This document shows, one piece after another, positions 1-8,355 of a stretch of 64,000 nucleotides of DNA; position 1 is the stretch's first letter; each line of letters opens with the position of its first letter. This DNA comes from an uncultured Acidobacteriaceae bacterium (GTDB lineage: Bacteria; Acidobacteriota; Terriglobia; Terriglobales; Acidobacteriaceae): NCBI GenBank assembly GCA_963789875.1, contig CAWBMI010000002.1, positions 549,360 to 613,359 of the forward strand, written 5' to 3'. The notes under the pieces are model-generated. The model did not search any database and was not told the DNA's origin. It was given only the letters and a program-made list of their open reading frames with translations. The position numbers and the translations under genes were made by a program.

Positions 1-330
1 TGAAACGCGCATGGCCGTGCTCCTCGGCAGGATCGAATCGGGATCGCGTGGATCTTGATCGCGTAAAGCTTGGAGAATTGACTTACGGTTACTGCAAACG
101 GCGCTGGACTCGAACAAGAAAATTTTCCTCCGCACGTCTGGGTGCGGTAGCGAACCGTCTGCGTCGGTCCTACCACCTTACCGGGGATGAATCCTACTAC
201 GTGGGGAAGAAAAAGTTCAAGGGGTGAAAGCAATTTTTTTTACAAATTTTTTACAACGTCTTCTCCAGGGCAGATTTTTTGCGGGCTTTCTATGGATGGT
301 TAGATCGCTTTTCTGCTAGTTGACAGGCTT

Positions 331-1398
331 GTGCCCAGCATACGAGACTTTGGTCAGTTGGCAGCGGGGATCACAATGGATTGCCGGGAGAACTGTCGCG
401 ACGCTTATGGGGTCGGTGTGGAGGGCTCGTATTTACTGCTATGGCTGCGTTGTGCGTCGCGGTTATGGGTTGTGATTCTCTTGCTGGCGGCGGCCGCAAA
501 TCCTGCAGTTGGCCGGGACAAAGACAAAATCTCCTATGGCGAAGGCCTGATCGTTAATATCCCGATGCGCGAGGCCGAAGTGGCCCAAGTGGTGGAAGAC
601 GTGACGCAGAACGGGATTATCCGGGGTACCAAGGAGTACAACAAGGACGAATTTGTGAGCGGGGCGAAGGCGGCTACCTCTTCGTCGGTGTTTCCCGCCT
701 GGACTGAGGGTGGGAAGGTTCTTTATAAGATGCGCGAACAGGCGATCGACCCGCGCGGCTTCAAGGACGGCGGGGACGTGGGAACGCTGGTAGTGCGCTA
801 CGTAATACAGCCACAGGGCGATAAGAACACCGTGTTGCGGATCAATGCGCTGTTTGAGGAAAGCTTTCGACATACTGTGCATCCCTCGAACGGCTCGGTC
901 GAGACGGCCGAGTACAAAGATATTCACGACCACCTCGAAGCCATTCAAGTGATGAGAGAGCAGACTCTCGAAGCGGAAGAAGAGCGGAAGGAAGCGCGGG
1001 AGAAAAAGCTGGGGCGGACGGCGACGGTTCAGGCGGGATCGGCCGATTCGCAGATGTCCTCGTCTAAGCCAGCTGCTTCGGCGCAGGCGGAAGAGAGCGA
1101 CGCTGTTTCCGTGGCGCCCGCGCCGGTTGCAGATAGTCCAGAGCAGGCCGTAACGGCGCCGATGACTGGGCAATCCCTGGTAGCTCACGTTGAGGATTTG
1201 CGAAAGCAGGTGGAGCGGCTGGTGAAGGCTCCGGGGGCGCCGCTGAAATCGGCGCCGTTTCACACGGCGAGCACGCTGCAGGCGTTGACTCCGGGGACAG
1301 AAGTTTTGATTTTGATCACGACACCGTACTGGTACGGTGTGGAAACGCACGACGGGCAACACGGATGGATGATGCGGGATGAATTGGTGCAGCCATGA
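331..1398 (+). CDS. hypothetical exported protein with C-terminal SH3b-like domain
   Basis: 355-codon ORF. It has a hydrophobic signal-like segment (RLWVVILLLAAAANPAVG), an Ala/Ser/Pro-rich linker and a C-terminal segment PYWYGVETHDGQHGWMMRDELV typical of bacterial SH3. Its stop overlaps the next start (ATGA at 1395-1398). The start is uncertain (GTG 331 or ATG 376). Confidence 0.6.
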   Translation: MPSIRDFGQLAAGITMDCRENCRDAYGVGVEGSYLLLWLRCASRLWVVILLLAAAANPAVGRDKDKISYGEGLIVNIPMREAEVAQVVEDVTQNGIIRGTKEYNKDEFVSGAKAATSSSVFPAWTEGGKVLYKMREQAIDPRGFKDGGDVGTLVVRYVIQPQGDKNTVLRINALFEESFRHTVHPSNGSVETAEYKDIHDHLEAIQVMREQTLEAEEERKEAREKKLGRTATVQAGSADSQMSSSKPAASAQAEESDAVSVAPAPVADSPEQAVTAPMTGQSLVAHVEDLRKQVERLVKAPGAPLKSAPFHTASTLQALTPGTEVLILITTPYWYGVETHDGQHGWMMRDELVQP

Positions 1399-2678
1399 GC
1401 AGAGCGGGATTGGCAAGAGTCTCGTTCGCTCTGGTGCTATTGGCCGCGGCCGTGGCCACGCAGGCGCAAGCCGCTGGCTCTGAGCGGACGTTCCCGCAGT
1501 CAAAGGCGACGGTAGAAAAAGCGCTGAAGCAGATGCAGTCGGCGACGGCGGGACGGCTTCCGGTGCTGGCGGGCTTCGCGACATCGGCGGATCGTCCCCT
1601 GGAGCGATTTCAGCGAGGCTACTATCAGGCGAAAGTTCAAGTCAGCACCGCGCCTTCGGGCGGATCAATTGTCCGGGTAAGCGCCGAGGTTACGGCGTGG
1701 TATGTCGATCCAGCAGGGACGCACTCCGGTTATCAGGTGTTGAACTCGAATGGTCGGCTGGAGGCGGATTTGCTGGATCAACTGGCGGACCAACTTGCCG
1801 CGTTGGGGCCGCGAGGCGGCGCGGGGAGTTCTGCAAGTGCGGCTTCGAAGCCAGCGGAGAAAGTGGAGGCTGCGGCGGAGCCTACGATCTCGGCGCCGGT
1901 CCCGCGCCTGCCGGAGGTAAATGGAAAGTTTTCGTCGTCTCTGGCGCAGAGTCTGGAGCAACAGGAAAAGAGCGGGTCGAAGAAGATCGAGGGAAATAAT
2001 CCGGATTTGCAGGCTGAAGCGGAGAGCCTCGAAGAAGTTTTGAAAAACCAGTCGCATCCGAAGAATCTGGTGGCGGTAAAGAAATCCGGGACGCCGGTCG
2101 TAGCGAGCGCTAGTTTAACGGCGAAGACTTTGTTCATGGCCAGCGCGCGCGATGAGTTCGAGATGCTGGACTTCAATCGGGATTGGGTGCATGTGCGCGT
2201 CTCGGGGCTGTCGCGAGGCTGGATTTGGCGAAATAATCTGGAGATGCCGGACAGCGTTCCGGATGCGGATGTGCCACCGCCGGCGACTCCGGCAACCGTG
2301 GCGGCGGAGCTGTTTCATGTTTCGCGGGAAGAGACCGCACCGTTTCCGGGCGACTGGGAGCCGCTGCGCGGGAAGCGCGTGAAAATTCTCTCGGTAGAAA
2401 AGACGACTGAGGGTGAGAAGGACGCCGGCTTTCGCGTGAGATTGGAGTTTGCCAAGTCAGTGCTCGACAAGAGTTATGGGGATCTGGCGCAGAAGCCGCA
2501 GGAGTTGGCGGGAGTGGTTTTGATTTTTGATTCGGCCGATGGCGGAATGATGGCGGCGACTTTGGCGACGCTGCAACAGTGGAAGGCGGGGAAGTTATCG
2601 GATGCAGGGCTCTGGCATCAGTGTTTCTTTGATCCACCGGAGAGTTTCAGCGAGTCGGGGTCGGCGGCCAGCCAGTAG
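1395..2678 (+). CDS. hypothetical exported protein with internal SH3b-like domain
   Basis: 427-codon ORF with a clear signal peptide (VSFALVLLAAAVATQAQA), a low-complexity Ala/Ser/Glu linker and an SH3-like segment (DWVHVRVSGLSRGWIWRNNLEM). It is translationally coupled to the upstream ORF. Confidence 0.65.
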   Translation: MSRAGLARVSFALVLLAAAVATQAQAAGSERTFPQSKATVEKALKQMQSATAGRLPVLAGFATSADRPLERFQRGYYQAKVQVSTAPSGGSIVRVSAEVTAWYVDPAGTHSGYQVLNSNGRLEADLLDQLADQLAALGPRGGAGSSASAASKPAEKVEAAAEPTISAPVPRLPEVNGKFSSSLAQSLEQQEKSGSKKIEGNNPDLQAEAESLEEVLKNQSHPKNLVAVKKSGTPVVASASLTAKTLFMASARDEFEMLDFNRDWVHVRVSGLSRGWIWRNNLEMPDSVPDADVPPPATPATVAAELFHVSREETAPFPGDWEPLRGKRVKILSVEKTTEGEKDAGFRVRLEFAKSVLDKSYGDLAQKPQELAGVVLIFDSADGGMMAATLATLQQWKAGKLSDAGLWHQCFFDPPESFSESGSAASQ

Positions 2679-2741
2679 CCAAGGAAGTGTTGGCGGACGT
2701 ACCCAAGGTGAGGCCGCCGGAGAAACCAAGGAAGCCGAAAC

Positions 2742-2945
2742 CTAAACAAAAACTGGTTTGACCGGCTTCGGTTTGCATTCATGGTACGACTGCGAAGCCC
2801 GATTAGAGGGCATTCTTTCCGATTCCCACCCACACTTCTCACATTGGAAGTAAGTTTCGTTCTTGTCCTGATCGACAATTTTCTTTAACACTTTCAGTCC
2901 TCGATCCCATGTCTCTTCTGCACTGTACCTTGGCAGCTTATACAC
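2742..2945 (-). CDS. small hypothetical protein with CxxC...HxC motif
   Basis: 67-codon ORF with a GTG start at 2945 that overlaps the stop of the upstream small ORF by 8 nt. It carries CEKC and HEC motifs and lies in the low-GC islet. The SD is weak. Confidence 0.3.
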   Translation of the reverse strand: MYKLPRYSAEETWDRGLKVLKKIVDQDKNETYFQCEKCGWESERMPSNRASQSYHECKPKPVKPVFV

Positions 2946-3111
2946 CTACCAAAGTGCCCGATCCCGGGGAAATTTCTTCGCGCCCTGTGCCTTGGCAAAT
3001 AGGGCAAGTCCACAATTTACGCATGTGTGCCATGTCTTTCCTGAGCGCATCAATATCTCGCCCGATGTATACGAGCACAAGTAAAATCAAACCGAGCACG
3101 GCAAGCAGCAT
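2938..3111 (-). CDS. small hypothetical membrane protein (N-terminal TM helix plus CPIC motif)
   Basis: Not in the ORF track (57 aa). My hand translation is MLLAVLGLILLVLVYIGRDIDALRKDMAHMRKLWTCPICQGTGREEISPGSGTLVGV. ATG is at 3111 with GAGG 7 nt upstream, and the start lies 13 nt after the stop of the upstream zinc-ribbon ORF. Confidence 0.35.
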   Translation of the reverse strand: MLLAVLGLILLVLVYIGRDIDALRKDMAHMRKLWTCPICQGTGREEISPGSGTLVGV

Positions 3112-3124
3112 CGCAAAGCCTCAA

Positions 3125-3316
3125 TTATTGCGGGTGTCCTGACGTTATTCGGCCTTCAAACTTGCAGAATGCACAAGTGCCAAAAAAACCCTTGTCACGT
3201 TTCCCCTTCTTCGGTTTCTTAAGTTCCCGATAGTCAACAATGAGCGTCACACCGTTGCACTTCGGACACGTCAGGCGCTGTTTCTTACCGCCAGCTACAG
3301 GAACATGATTAAACAT
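3125..3316 (-). CDS. small zinc-ribbon protein (CxxC...CxxC)
   Basis: This is the C-terminal 63 codons of the 3125..3532 ORF, starting at ATG 3316 with a strong SD (AAAAGGAGGGTT) directly upstream. It carries CPKC and CAFC motifs with a Lys-rich linker. The longer 135-aa form would overlap the ctaB start. Confidence 0.5.
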   Translation of the reverse strand: MFNHVPVAGGKKQRLTCPKCNGVTLIVDYRELKKPKKGKRDKGFFGTCAFCKFEGRITSGHPQ

Positions 3317-3514
3317 AACCCTCCTTTTACGAGCAATCCTAGCCTGACACTGTGGGTATATCAAAGGCATAATTCCGGAGTTTGGACTTGACTTTCGAAA
3401 GCCATCGGCGTACCTATGCAGTTCTTGGCTGTTGCGCGGCCCTGTGTCGCTTGGCTCGAAAGGCTGTGCTAGAGTGGAACCCGCGGTACGACAATCACAC
3501 CACGAAACTATCCC

Positions 3515-4450
3515 ATGAGCGCGACTACTCAACCGCTGGTGCTGTTTCGCAGGCAGGCATCTTCTTTGCTGCGCGATTATGCCGAATTAGTGAAGGCACG
3601 GGTCACGTCGCTGATCGTGATGACGGCGTGGTGCGGCTATTATTTCGGAGCGCAGAAGGCCGGGATTTCTTCGTTGAGCTGGGGGTTATTCCATGCTTTG
3701 TTGGGAATCGGATTGGTTTCGAGCGGAACGGCCGCGCTGAATGAAGTGATGGAATATAAAGTTGACGCGAATATGCGGCGGACCGCGATGCGTCCGCTGC
3801 CGGCGGGGCGGATGAGCCTGGCACACGCTACCATTGCGGGGCTGCTGGCTACTTTGGGCGGATCGTTTTATCTCGCTTATTTCACCAATCCGCTGACGGG
3901 GCTGTTGACCTTCTTAACTTCGGTTGTTTATCTGGCGGCTTACACACCTTTGAAGCGCGTCTCGCCGATTTGTACTTTTGTGGGAGCTTTTCCGGGAGCT
4001 ATGCCGGGAGTTTTGGGTTGGACCGCAGTGCGCGGCAAATTGGAGTGGAGCACGTTAATCTTGTTTGCCATACTTTTTGTGTGGCAGTTTCCGCACTTCT
4101 TTTCCATCGCATGGCTTTACCGCGAGGATTACGCGGCGGGCGGAATTCGTATGCTGCCGGTGGTGGAAGAAGATGGGCGGTCTACGGCGCGGCGCATTCT
4201 GGCGTATTCGCTGATTTTGATTCCGCTGAGCACTTTGCCTAGTCTGTTTGGGATGGCGGGGAAAATCTATTTGGTGGGCGCCGTCGTTTTGGGTGTGGCG
4301 CTATTTTATTTTGGGGCGCGGCTGGCATTTTTGAAGCTGCCGGTGAATAGTCCGCGATCGAAGATGCTGGCCCGGCATGTTTTGCAGGCTACCGTGATTT
4401 ACCTTCCCTTGTTATTTGCGTTGATGATGGGAAATTCTTCGCGGCCTTGA
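3515..4450 (+). CDS. ctaB: protoheme IX farnesyltransferase (heme O synthase), UbiA family
   Basis: 311 aa and polytopic. It has the UbiA/CtaB motifs NEVMEYKVDANMRRTAMRPLPAGR and WQFPHFFSIAWLYREDYAAGGIRMLPV. Confidence 0.9.
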   Translation: MSATTQPLVLFRRQASSLLRDYAELVKARVTSLIVMTAWCGYYFGAQKAGISSLSWGLFHALLGIGLVSSGTAALNEVMEYKVDANMRRTAMRPLPAGRMSLAHATIAGLLATLGGSFYLAYFTNPLTGLLTFLTSVVYLAAYTPLKRVSPICTFVGAFPGAMPGVLGWTAVRGKLEWSTLILFAILFVWQFPHFFSIAWLYREDYAAGGIRMLPVVEEDGRSTARRILAYSLILIPLSTLPSLFGMAGKIYLVGAVVLGVALFYFGARLAFLKLPVNSPRSKMLARHVLQATVIYLPLLFALMMGNSSRP

Positions 4451-4562
4451 GCGCGAGGGTGCCGTCCGCTGAAGCGGACTCGGTTCGTTAGTGCATGCTT
4501 TCCCGGCACTGCCGTGCCGGGCTTTCACATACCGCCCCTTCGGGGCTGTAGTCCAACAATCC
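4451..4562. repeat. REP-like cluster of GC-rich hairpins between convergent genes
   Basis: Hairpins are GTCCGC-TGAA-GCGGAC (4464-4479), CCCGGCAC-TGCC-GTGCCGGG (4502-4521) and GCCCC-TTC-GGGGC (4534-4546). The 16-mer CCGCCCCTTCGGGGCT (4532-4547) recurs exactly at 8464-8479. Confidence 0.6.
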
Positions 4563-6173
4563 TCAGCGGTCGGTGGTTTCTTCCAATTGCACGGTCAGAG
4601 TGGTTTCGTTGTCGATGTGGGCCGCTTTGCCTTGCTCCAGCGGAACGGATGGGTCTAGGTTCATGAAATCGTTGATTTGCATATCGCTGCCGGCGAGGAG
4701 TTGATAGTCGCCGGGAGCGATGCCCTGAAGCGCGAATCGTCCGGACTGGTCGCTTACGGCTCGGCGGTAGGCGCTCACTTGCGAGCGGCGCGCGCCATTG
4801 GGCACAAGCAGGACTGTGATCCCGGAGAGCGGCGATCCGTCGCTGCTTGCGACCGTGCCATCGACCCGGCCTTTCGCCTGGGCGAGAGTTATGTCCAGAG
4901 GTGCGGGGGCCGCGCCGCGGGCTACCGTGATTCCAGCCTCAAAAATGTCGACGCCATTGGAGCTGAGATAAAAGCCTTGGGGTACGCCCAGGATATTCAG
5001 GTTATAGGATCCGTCCGGAATCTCGTGAAAAACAAAAGTGCCATCTGTGCTCGCTGCGGAGCTGGGAGTGTCTGGCGCGGCGGTTGCGGTCAGGGGATCA
5101 CGCGGGTCGAGTTCGACCACGAGACGGCTTATATCGAAGTTGTTTTTAGCGTCGGCTCGCAGGCGGCCGCTGATGTCGGCTCCCGGGGTCAAGACCACTT
5201 CCACATTGTTCACATTGAGAGCAGAGACTTGAACGGCGACGCGACCGTAGAGCGTTTTCCCCGCTCCGGTCGGCGGCAGGTCGGCGGCTAGAAGGTACGA
5301 GCCGGAGGGAATACCGTGGAAATCGAAGGCGCCGGTCGCTCCGACGGCGGGATCTTTGAGCGAAAAGGTTTGCTTGCCTTGATCTCCCACGAGCGTTACA
5401 TGCGCTCCTTTGGCGGGAAGGGATGTGGTTCCGTTGAGCGCGACGCCTTTCACGCGAAAGGCGCGCACTGGGACGAGATGGATTTCTATGGCGGAAAGCT
5501 GCTCGCCTTCGCGCACCGAGAGCGCGACGGAATGTTCGACATCGCTGGCGCTGGGATAGTAGAGCGGAACGTAAACCTCGTTGTCTTTCAGTTTAAGTGT
5601 GGGGGTGCCGGCGTAGGAGGCGCGAAGATAATAATCTCCGCGAGGAAGATTCTCGATGCGATATTCTCCGGCGGCGTTGGTTGAAACCGAGTTGACGCTG
5701 TTCAGTTCGGCCTGCCCCTGGCGGTAGGAGCGCTTCATGGCCTCGACGGCTGCGGCACGCAGGGGTGTGCCAGCGGCGTCGGTGACCAGTCCGGTGATGA
5801 GCGCTCCCGGAGCGAGGCGGAACTTCAAGTTGGTTACACGCTCGCCGGAACCGACTAAGATTGTTTGCCGCGAGAGGCCGGAACCGGTCCCGCGCTGGTT
5901 CACATAACCGTCATGAGAAGCGAAGATGATATAGCGGCCCGGGGCCACTCCCTGCAGAATAAACTCGCCTTCGGCGTTGGTGGTGGCGGAGGGATTGTCC
6001 GCGGATCTGGCTCCGCGATTCCGCAGCGAGACGGTCGCGCCGGTGATCGGCTGTTGGGTGATCGAATCTGAAACTGTGCCGGAGATGGATCCTTTGGCTT
6101 GGGAATCCGGAGACTGCGCGTGCAGGCACGCGGCTAGAGCAATCAGGATCGCCGCCTGGAGGATGCATTTCAT
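4563..6173 (-). CDS. carboxypeptidase regulatory-like domain (CarboxypepD_reg) repeat protein, exported
   Basis: 536 aa with a signal peptide (MKCILQAAILIALAACLHA). It has repeated beta-sandwich modules of the type GxISGTVxD...PxxGAxVxL...NAxGEFxxxGxxPGxY. Confidence 0.8.
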   Translation of the reverse strand: MKCILQAAILIALAACLHAQSPDSQAKGSISGTVSDSITQQPITGATVSLRNRGARSADNPSATTNAEGEFILQGVAPGRYIIFASHDGYVNQRGTGSGLSRQTILVGSGERVTNLKFRLAPGALITGLVTDAAGTPLRAAAVEAMKRSYRQGQAELNSVNSVSTNAAGEYRIENLPRGDYYLRASYAGTPTLKLKDNEVYVPLYYPSASDVEHSVALSVREGEQLSAIEIHLVPVRAFRVKGVALNGTTSLPAKGAHVTLVGDQGKQTFSLKDPAVGATGAFDFHGIPSGSYLLAADLPPTGAGKTLYGRVAVQVSALNVNNVEVVLTPGADISGRLRADAKNNFDISRLVVELDPRDPLTATAAPDTPSSAASTDGTFVFHEIPDGSYNLNILGVPQGFYLSSNGVDIFEAGITVARGAAPAPLDITLAQAKGRVDGTVASSDGSPLSGITVLLVPNGARRSQVSAYRRAVSDQSGRFALQGIAPGDYQLLAGSDMQINDFMNLDPSVPLEQGKAAHIDNETTLTVQLEETTDR

Positions 6174-6350
6174 GAGAAGCCGCCGGACTCAGCTATTTTC
6201 TCACGGGCGGGAAGGCGACAGGTGGGAGTTCGATCCCAGCAATTAGCAGTTGGCAGTTAGCAACCGCGCCAGGAGCGAGTTTCGTGTTCAACGGTGGCAC
6301 GGGCAGTTAGCCAATTGCTAATTGCCAAGCGCTCACTCCCCGAGGGCCAG

Positions 6351-6515
6351 CTACTGGATCGAGCTGCCGACCTCGGAGAACACGTTGTTAGCGTTCGAGC
6401 CGATCAGGCGAACGGTGCCCACGACTATTACGAGAATCACCGCCAGCATCACAGAGTATTCTGCGATGTCCTGACCTTCTTCGTTTCGCCACAGTGTTTT
6501 CAATAAGTAGTTCAT
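6351..6515 (-). CDS. flp: Flp family type IVb pilin
   Basis: Not in the ORF track (54 aa). My hand translation is MNYLLKTLWRNEEGQDIAEYSVMLAVILVIVVGTVRLIGSNANNVFSEVGSSIQ. It has the Flp prepilin motif G/QDIAEY followed by a hydrophobic helix. An SD (AGGAG) lies 5 nt upstream of ATG 6515, and the start is 21 nt downstream of the PilZ gene stop. Confidence 0.75.
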   Translation of the reverse strand: MNYLLKTLWRNEEGQDIAEYSVMLAVILVIVVGTVRLIGSNANNVFSEVGSSIQ

Positions 6516-6536
6516 AGTTCTCCTAGTTCCCCTTGA

Positions 6537-6935
6537 TTAATTGGCTCCCGATTTCGCGGATTTGGTTTCCGCCTGTGCACTGCTGGTGGAAAGCTGCAGT
6601 CCCCAAGGTTCTTTCTCCGGTGCGACTGCCTGAAGGCCAAGCTGATATTCGCTGGTCCCAGCCAAGAGCCTGGACCAGACTACGGTGAAATCTTTCTTGC
6701 GCTGGCGATAAAAGATGCTGAGAGTGGCCGGCGTTTGCACTTCGTGGCGAACTGCGCCGATGCGGGTGCCGCCGGCCGTGAGATCGAGCGTGTGAGCGAG
6801 CGCTTCGAATGAGGCGCCAGAAGCGTCTGTACCGCGGACGCGAACAGGTAAAACCGCCTGCATACGGTCTTGATGACGCCTATTGTTCTTTACTTTGACT
6901 GTTGACATGGGTGACCTGATGAGAGTGTGCAACAT
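6537..6935 (-). CDS. PilZ domain protein
   Basis: 132-codon ORF with an RxxxR motif (RHQDR) and a D-x-S/T-x-x-G-like motif (DLTAGG) at PilZ spacing. The start is uncertain (ATG 6935 or ATG 6908). Confidence 0.7.
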   Translation of the reverse strand: MLHTLIRSPMSTVKVKNNRRHQDRMQAVLPVRVRGTDASGASFEALAHTLDLTAGGTRIGAVRHEVQTPATLSIFYRQRKKDFTVVWSRLLAGTSEYQLGLQAVAPEKEPWGLQLSTSSAQAETKSAKSGAN

Positions 6936-7044
6936 CTGAGACAGGAGGGGAATGGCTCCGATGTGTAGGGCACAAAGGTAACAGCGGAGCGGCGGGATGG
7001 GCTGCCGGCTACAGTTGGGCCGAGTCTGGCGTCAGACAAATCTT

Positions 7045-7076
7045 CAAAACAAAAAAGGCCAGCAAAGAAGCTGGCC
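7045..7076 (-). terminator. rho-independent terminator of the 7101..7427 gene
   Basis: On the minus strand the hairpin is GGCCAGC-TTCTTT-GCTGGCC (plus-strand 7057-7076), followed by TTTTTTGTTTTG. It sits 25 nt after the stop. Confidence 0.75.
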
Positions 7077-7100
7077 CAAAGGACAATATTTTCGCGGCGA

Positions 7101-7427
7101 TTACTTCATGCTGTCGTTTTTCATGCTATCCGACTTCGCCATCTTCAGAGACATCACGTGCACTTCGCCCTTGTCGGCGTATACGTGCGCGGTAAGGACG
7201 ACATGGTGGCCTTCATGGCCTTTCACGGCTTCCGGGTTGACGATGGTCCAGCTCTTGCCATCTTTGTCGCTGACGAAGCTCTTGCCATCGTCGCTGATCT
7301 TGCCCTTGACCGGCACAGCTTTGGACGAGTCGGCCTTCATGTCGTCCTGCTTCATTGTGTCCTGAGCGATAGCGATGCCACCGGTGAGCAGGGTGAGTGC
7401 CAAACAGAGAGTCAATACTTTTTTCAT
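7101..7427 (-). CDS. small secreted hypothetical protein
   Basis: 108 aa with a signal peptide (MKKVLTLCLALTLLTGGIAIA). An SD (GAAGGAG) lies upstream of the ATG. The termini carry repeated (D)SMK/DDMK motifs, and a dedicated terminator follows. Confidence 0.75.
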   Translation of the reverse strand: MKKVLTLCLALTLLTGGIAIAQDTMKQDDMKADSSKAVPVKGKISDDGKSFVSDKDGKSWTIVNPEAVKGHEGHHVVLTAHVYADKGEVHVMSLKMAKSDSMKNDSMK

Positions 7428-7533
7428 CTCAATCTCCTTCTGAAAAAGGTTATGCGGCCTCGAGAATTATACTCCTGACTTTTGATGCGGATTTCGGGCC
7501 TGCCGGACGCTGGGAACGTGGGAAAATAGCGCG

Positions 7534-8355
7534 ATGGCTTTCGAGATTGCGACGAAGATTCCGGACTTTCTTTACGGCACGGCATGGAAAGAAGAGCGTG
7601 CCCCCGCGTTGACAGAACTGGCGCTACGCATGGGCTTTCGAGGCATCGACACGGCGAACCAGCGGCGACATTACTTTGAAGCGGGAGTTGGGCAGGGATT
7701 AGCGGTCGCTTATGCCGCCGGGGTGGTCACACGGGCGGATCTTTTTCTGCAGACGAAATTCACCTACCGGCCGGGTCAGGATCACCGGCTGCCTTACGAT
7801 CCGCATGCTGGATTTTCGGTTCAGGTGGCACAGTCAATGGCGAGCTCGCTGGAGCATCTGGGAACGGATTATGTCGACAGTTATGTTCTGCACGGTCCGG
7901 CATCGGGGCATGGCTGGAGCGCGGCAGATGCCGAAGTTTGGGAGGCGATGGTCAAAGAGCGAGATGCGGGACGCGCCCGCTACCTTGGCGTGAGCAACGT
8001 TTCTTTGCGACATCTGGAACAGATGATGGGGACGGGCGGTGAAGGTCCCACCTTTGTGCAGAATCGTTGTTATGCGCGCCTGGGCTGGGATCGCGAGGTG
8101 CGGCTGTTCTGTAAGGAACGCAAAATTATTTATCAGGGATTCTCTTTGCTTACGGCGAATTCGGAGGTATTGCAGCATCCCGTGGTTGCCGGAGTGGCTG
8201 CTCGCGCGAAAGTAACCCCTGCGCAGGTTGTGTTTGCGTTGACTCGCAGCGTTGGCATCCTGCCTCTCACCGGGACTTCGGATTCCGAGCCACATGCGGC
8301 AGGATCTGGAGAGCGCTCGCCTGGAGCTTTCACCTCGGGATGTGGAGGCGATTGA
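7534..8355 (+). CDS. aldo/keto reductase with an apparent single-base frameshift near the 3' end
   Basis: It has an AKR-like N-terminus (GTAWKEE...GFRGIDTANQRRHY), and the body includes VDSYVLHGP. After ...LTGTSDSE (8289) the family-typical C-terminus HMRQDLESARLELSPRDVEAIEFLVG* continues in the +1 frame (8291-8371). Confidence 0.8.
   Translation: MAFEIATKIPDFLYGTAWKEERAPALTELALRMGFRGIDTANQRRHYFEAGVGQGLAVAYAAGVVTRADLFLQTKFTYRPGQDHRLPYDPHAGFSVQVAQSMASSLEHLGTDYVDSYVLHGPASGHGWSAADAEVWEAMVKERDAGRARYLGVSNVSLRHLEQMMGTGGEGPTFVQNRCYARLGWDREVRLFCKERKIIYQGFSLLTANSEVLQHPVVAGVAARAKVTPAQVVFALTRSVGILPLTGTSDSEPHAAGSGERSPGAFTSGCGGD

Noticed and set aside
3-227. An open reading frame running from the window edge to a TGA at 225-227 (…VDLDRVKLGELTYGYCKRRWTRTRKFSSARLGAVANRLRRSYHLTGDESYYVGKKKFKG*). 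It could be the 3' end of a gene that starts upstream of the window.
   Set aside because: It is only 75 codons with no start in view and no recognisable motif. A stop-free stretch of this length is not rare at this GC content, so I did not report it as a feature.
463-1584. A 373-aa minus-strand ORF antisense to the first two genes.
   Set aside because: Its composition is Arg/Pro/Ser-rich and typical of antisense frames in GC-rich coding DNA. The sense ORFs have signal peptides, domain-like segments and an ATGA coupling.
3125-3532. The full 135-aa version of the zinc-ribbon ORF.
   Set aside because: The N-terminal 72 codons overlap the ctaB start and promoter region and look non-protein-like. 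An internal ATG at 3316 has a strong AGGAGG SD, so I called the short form.
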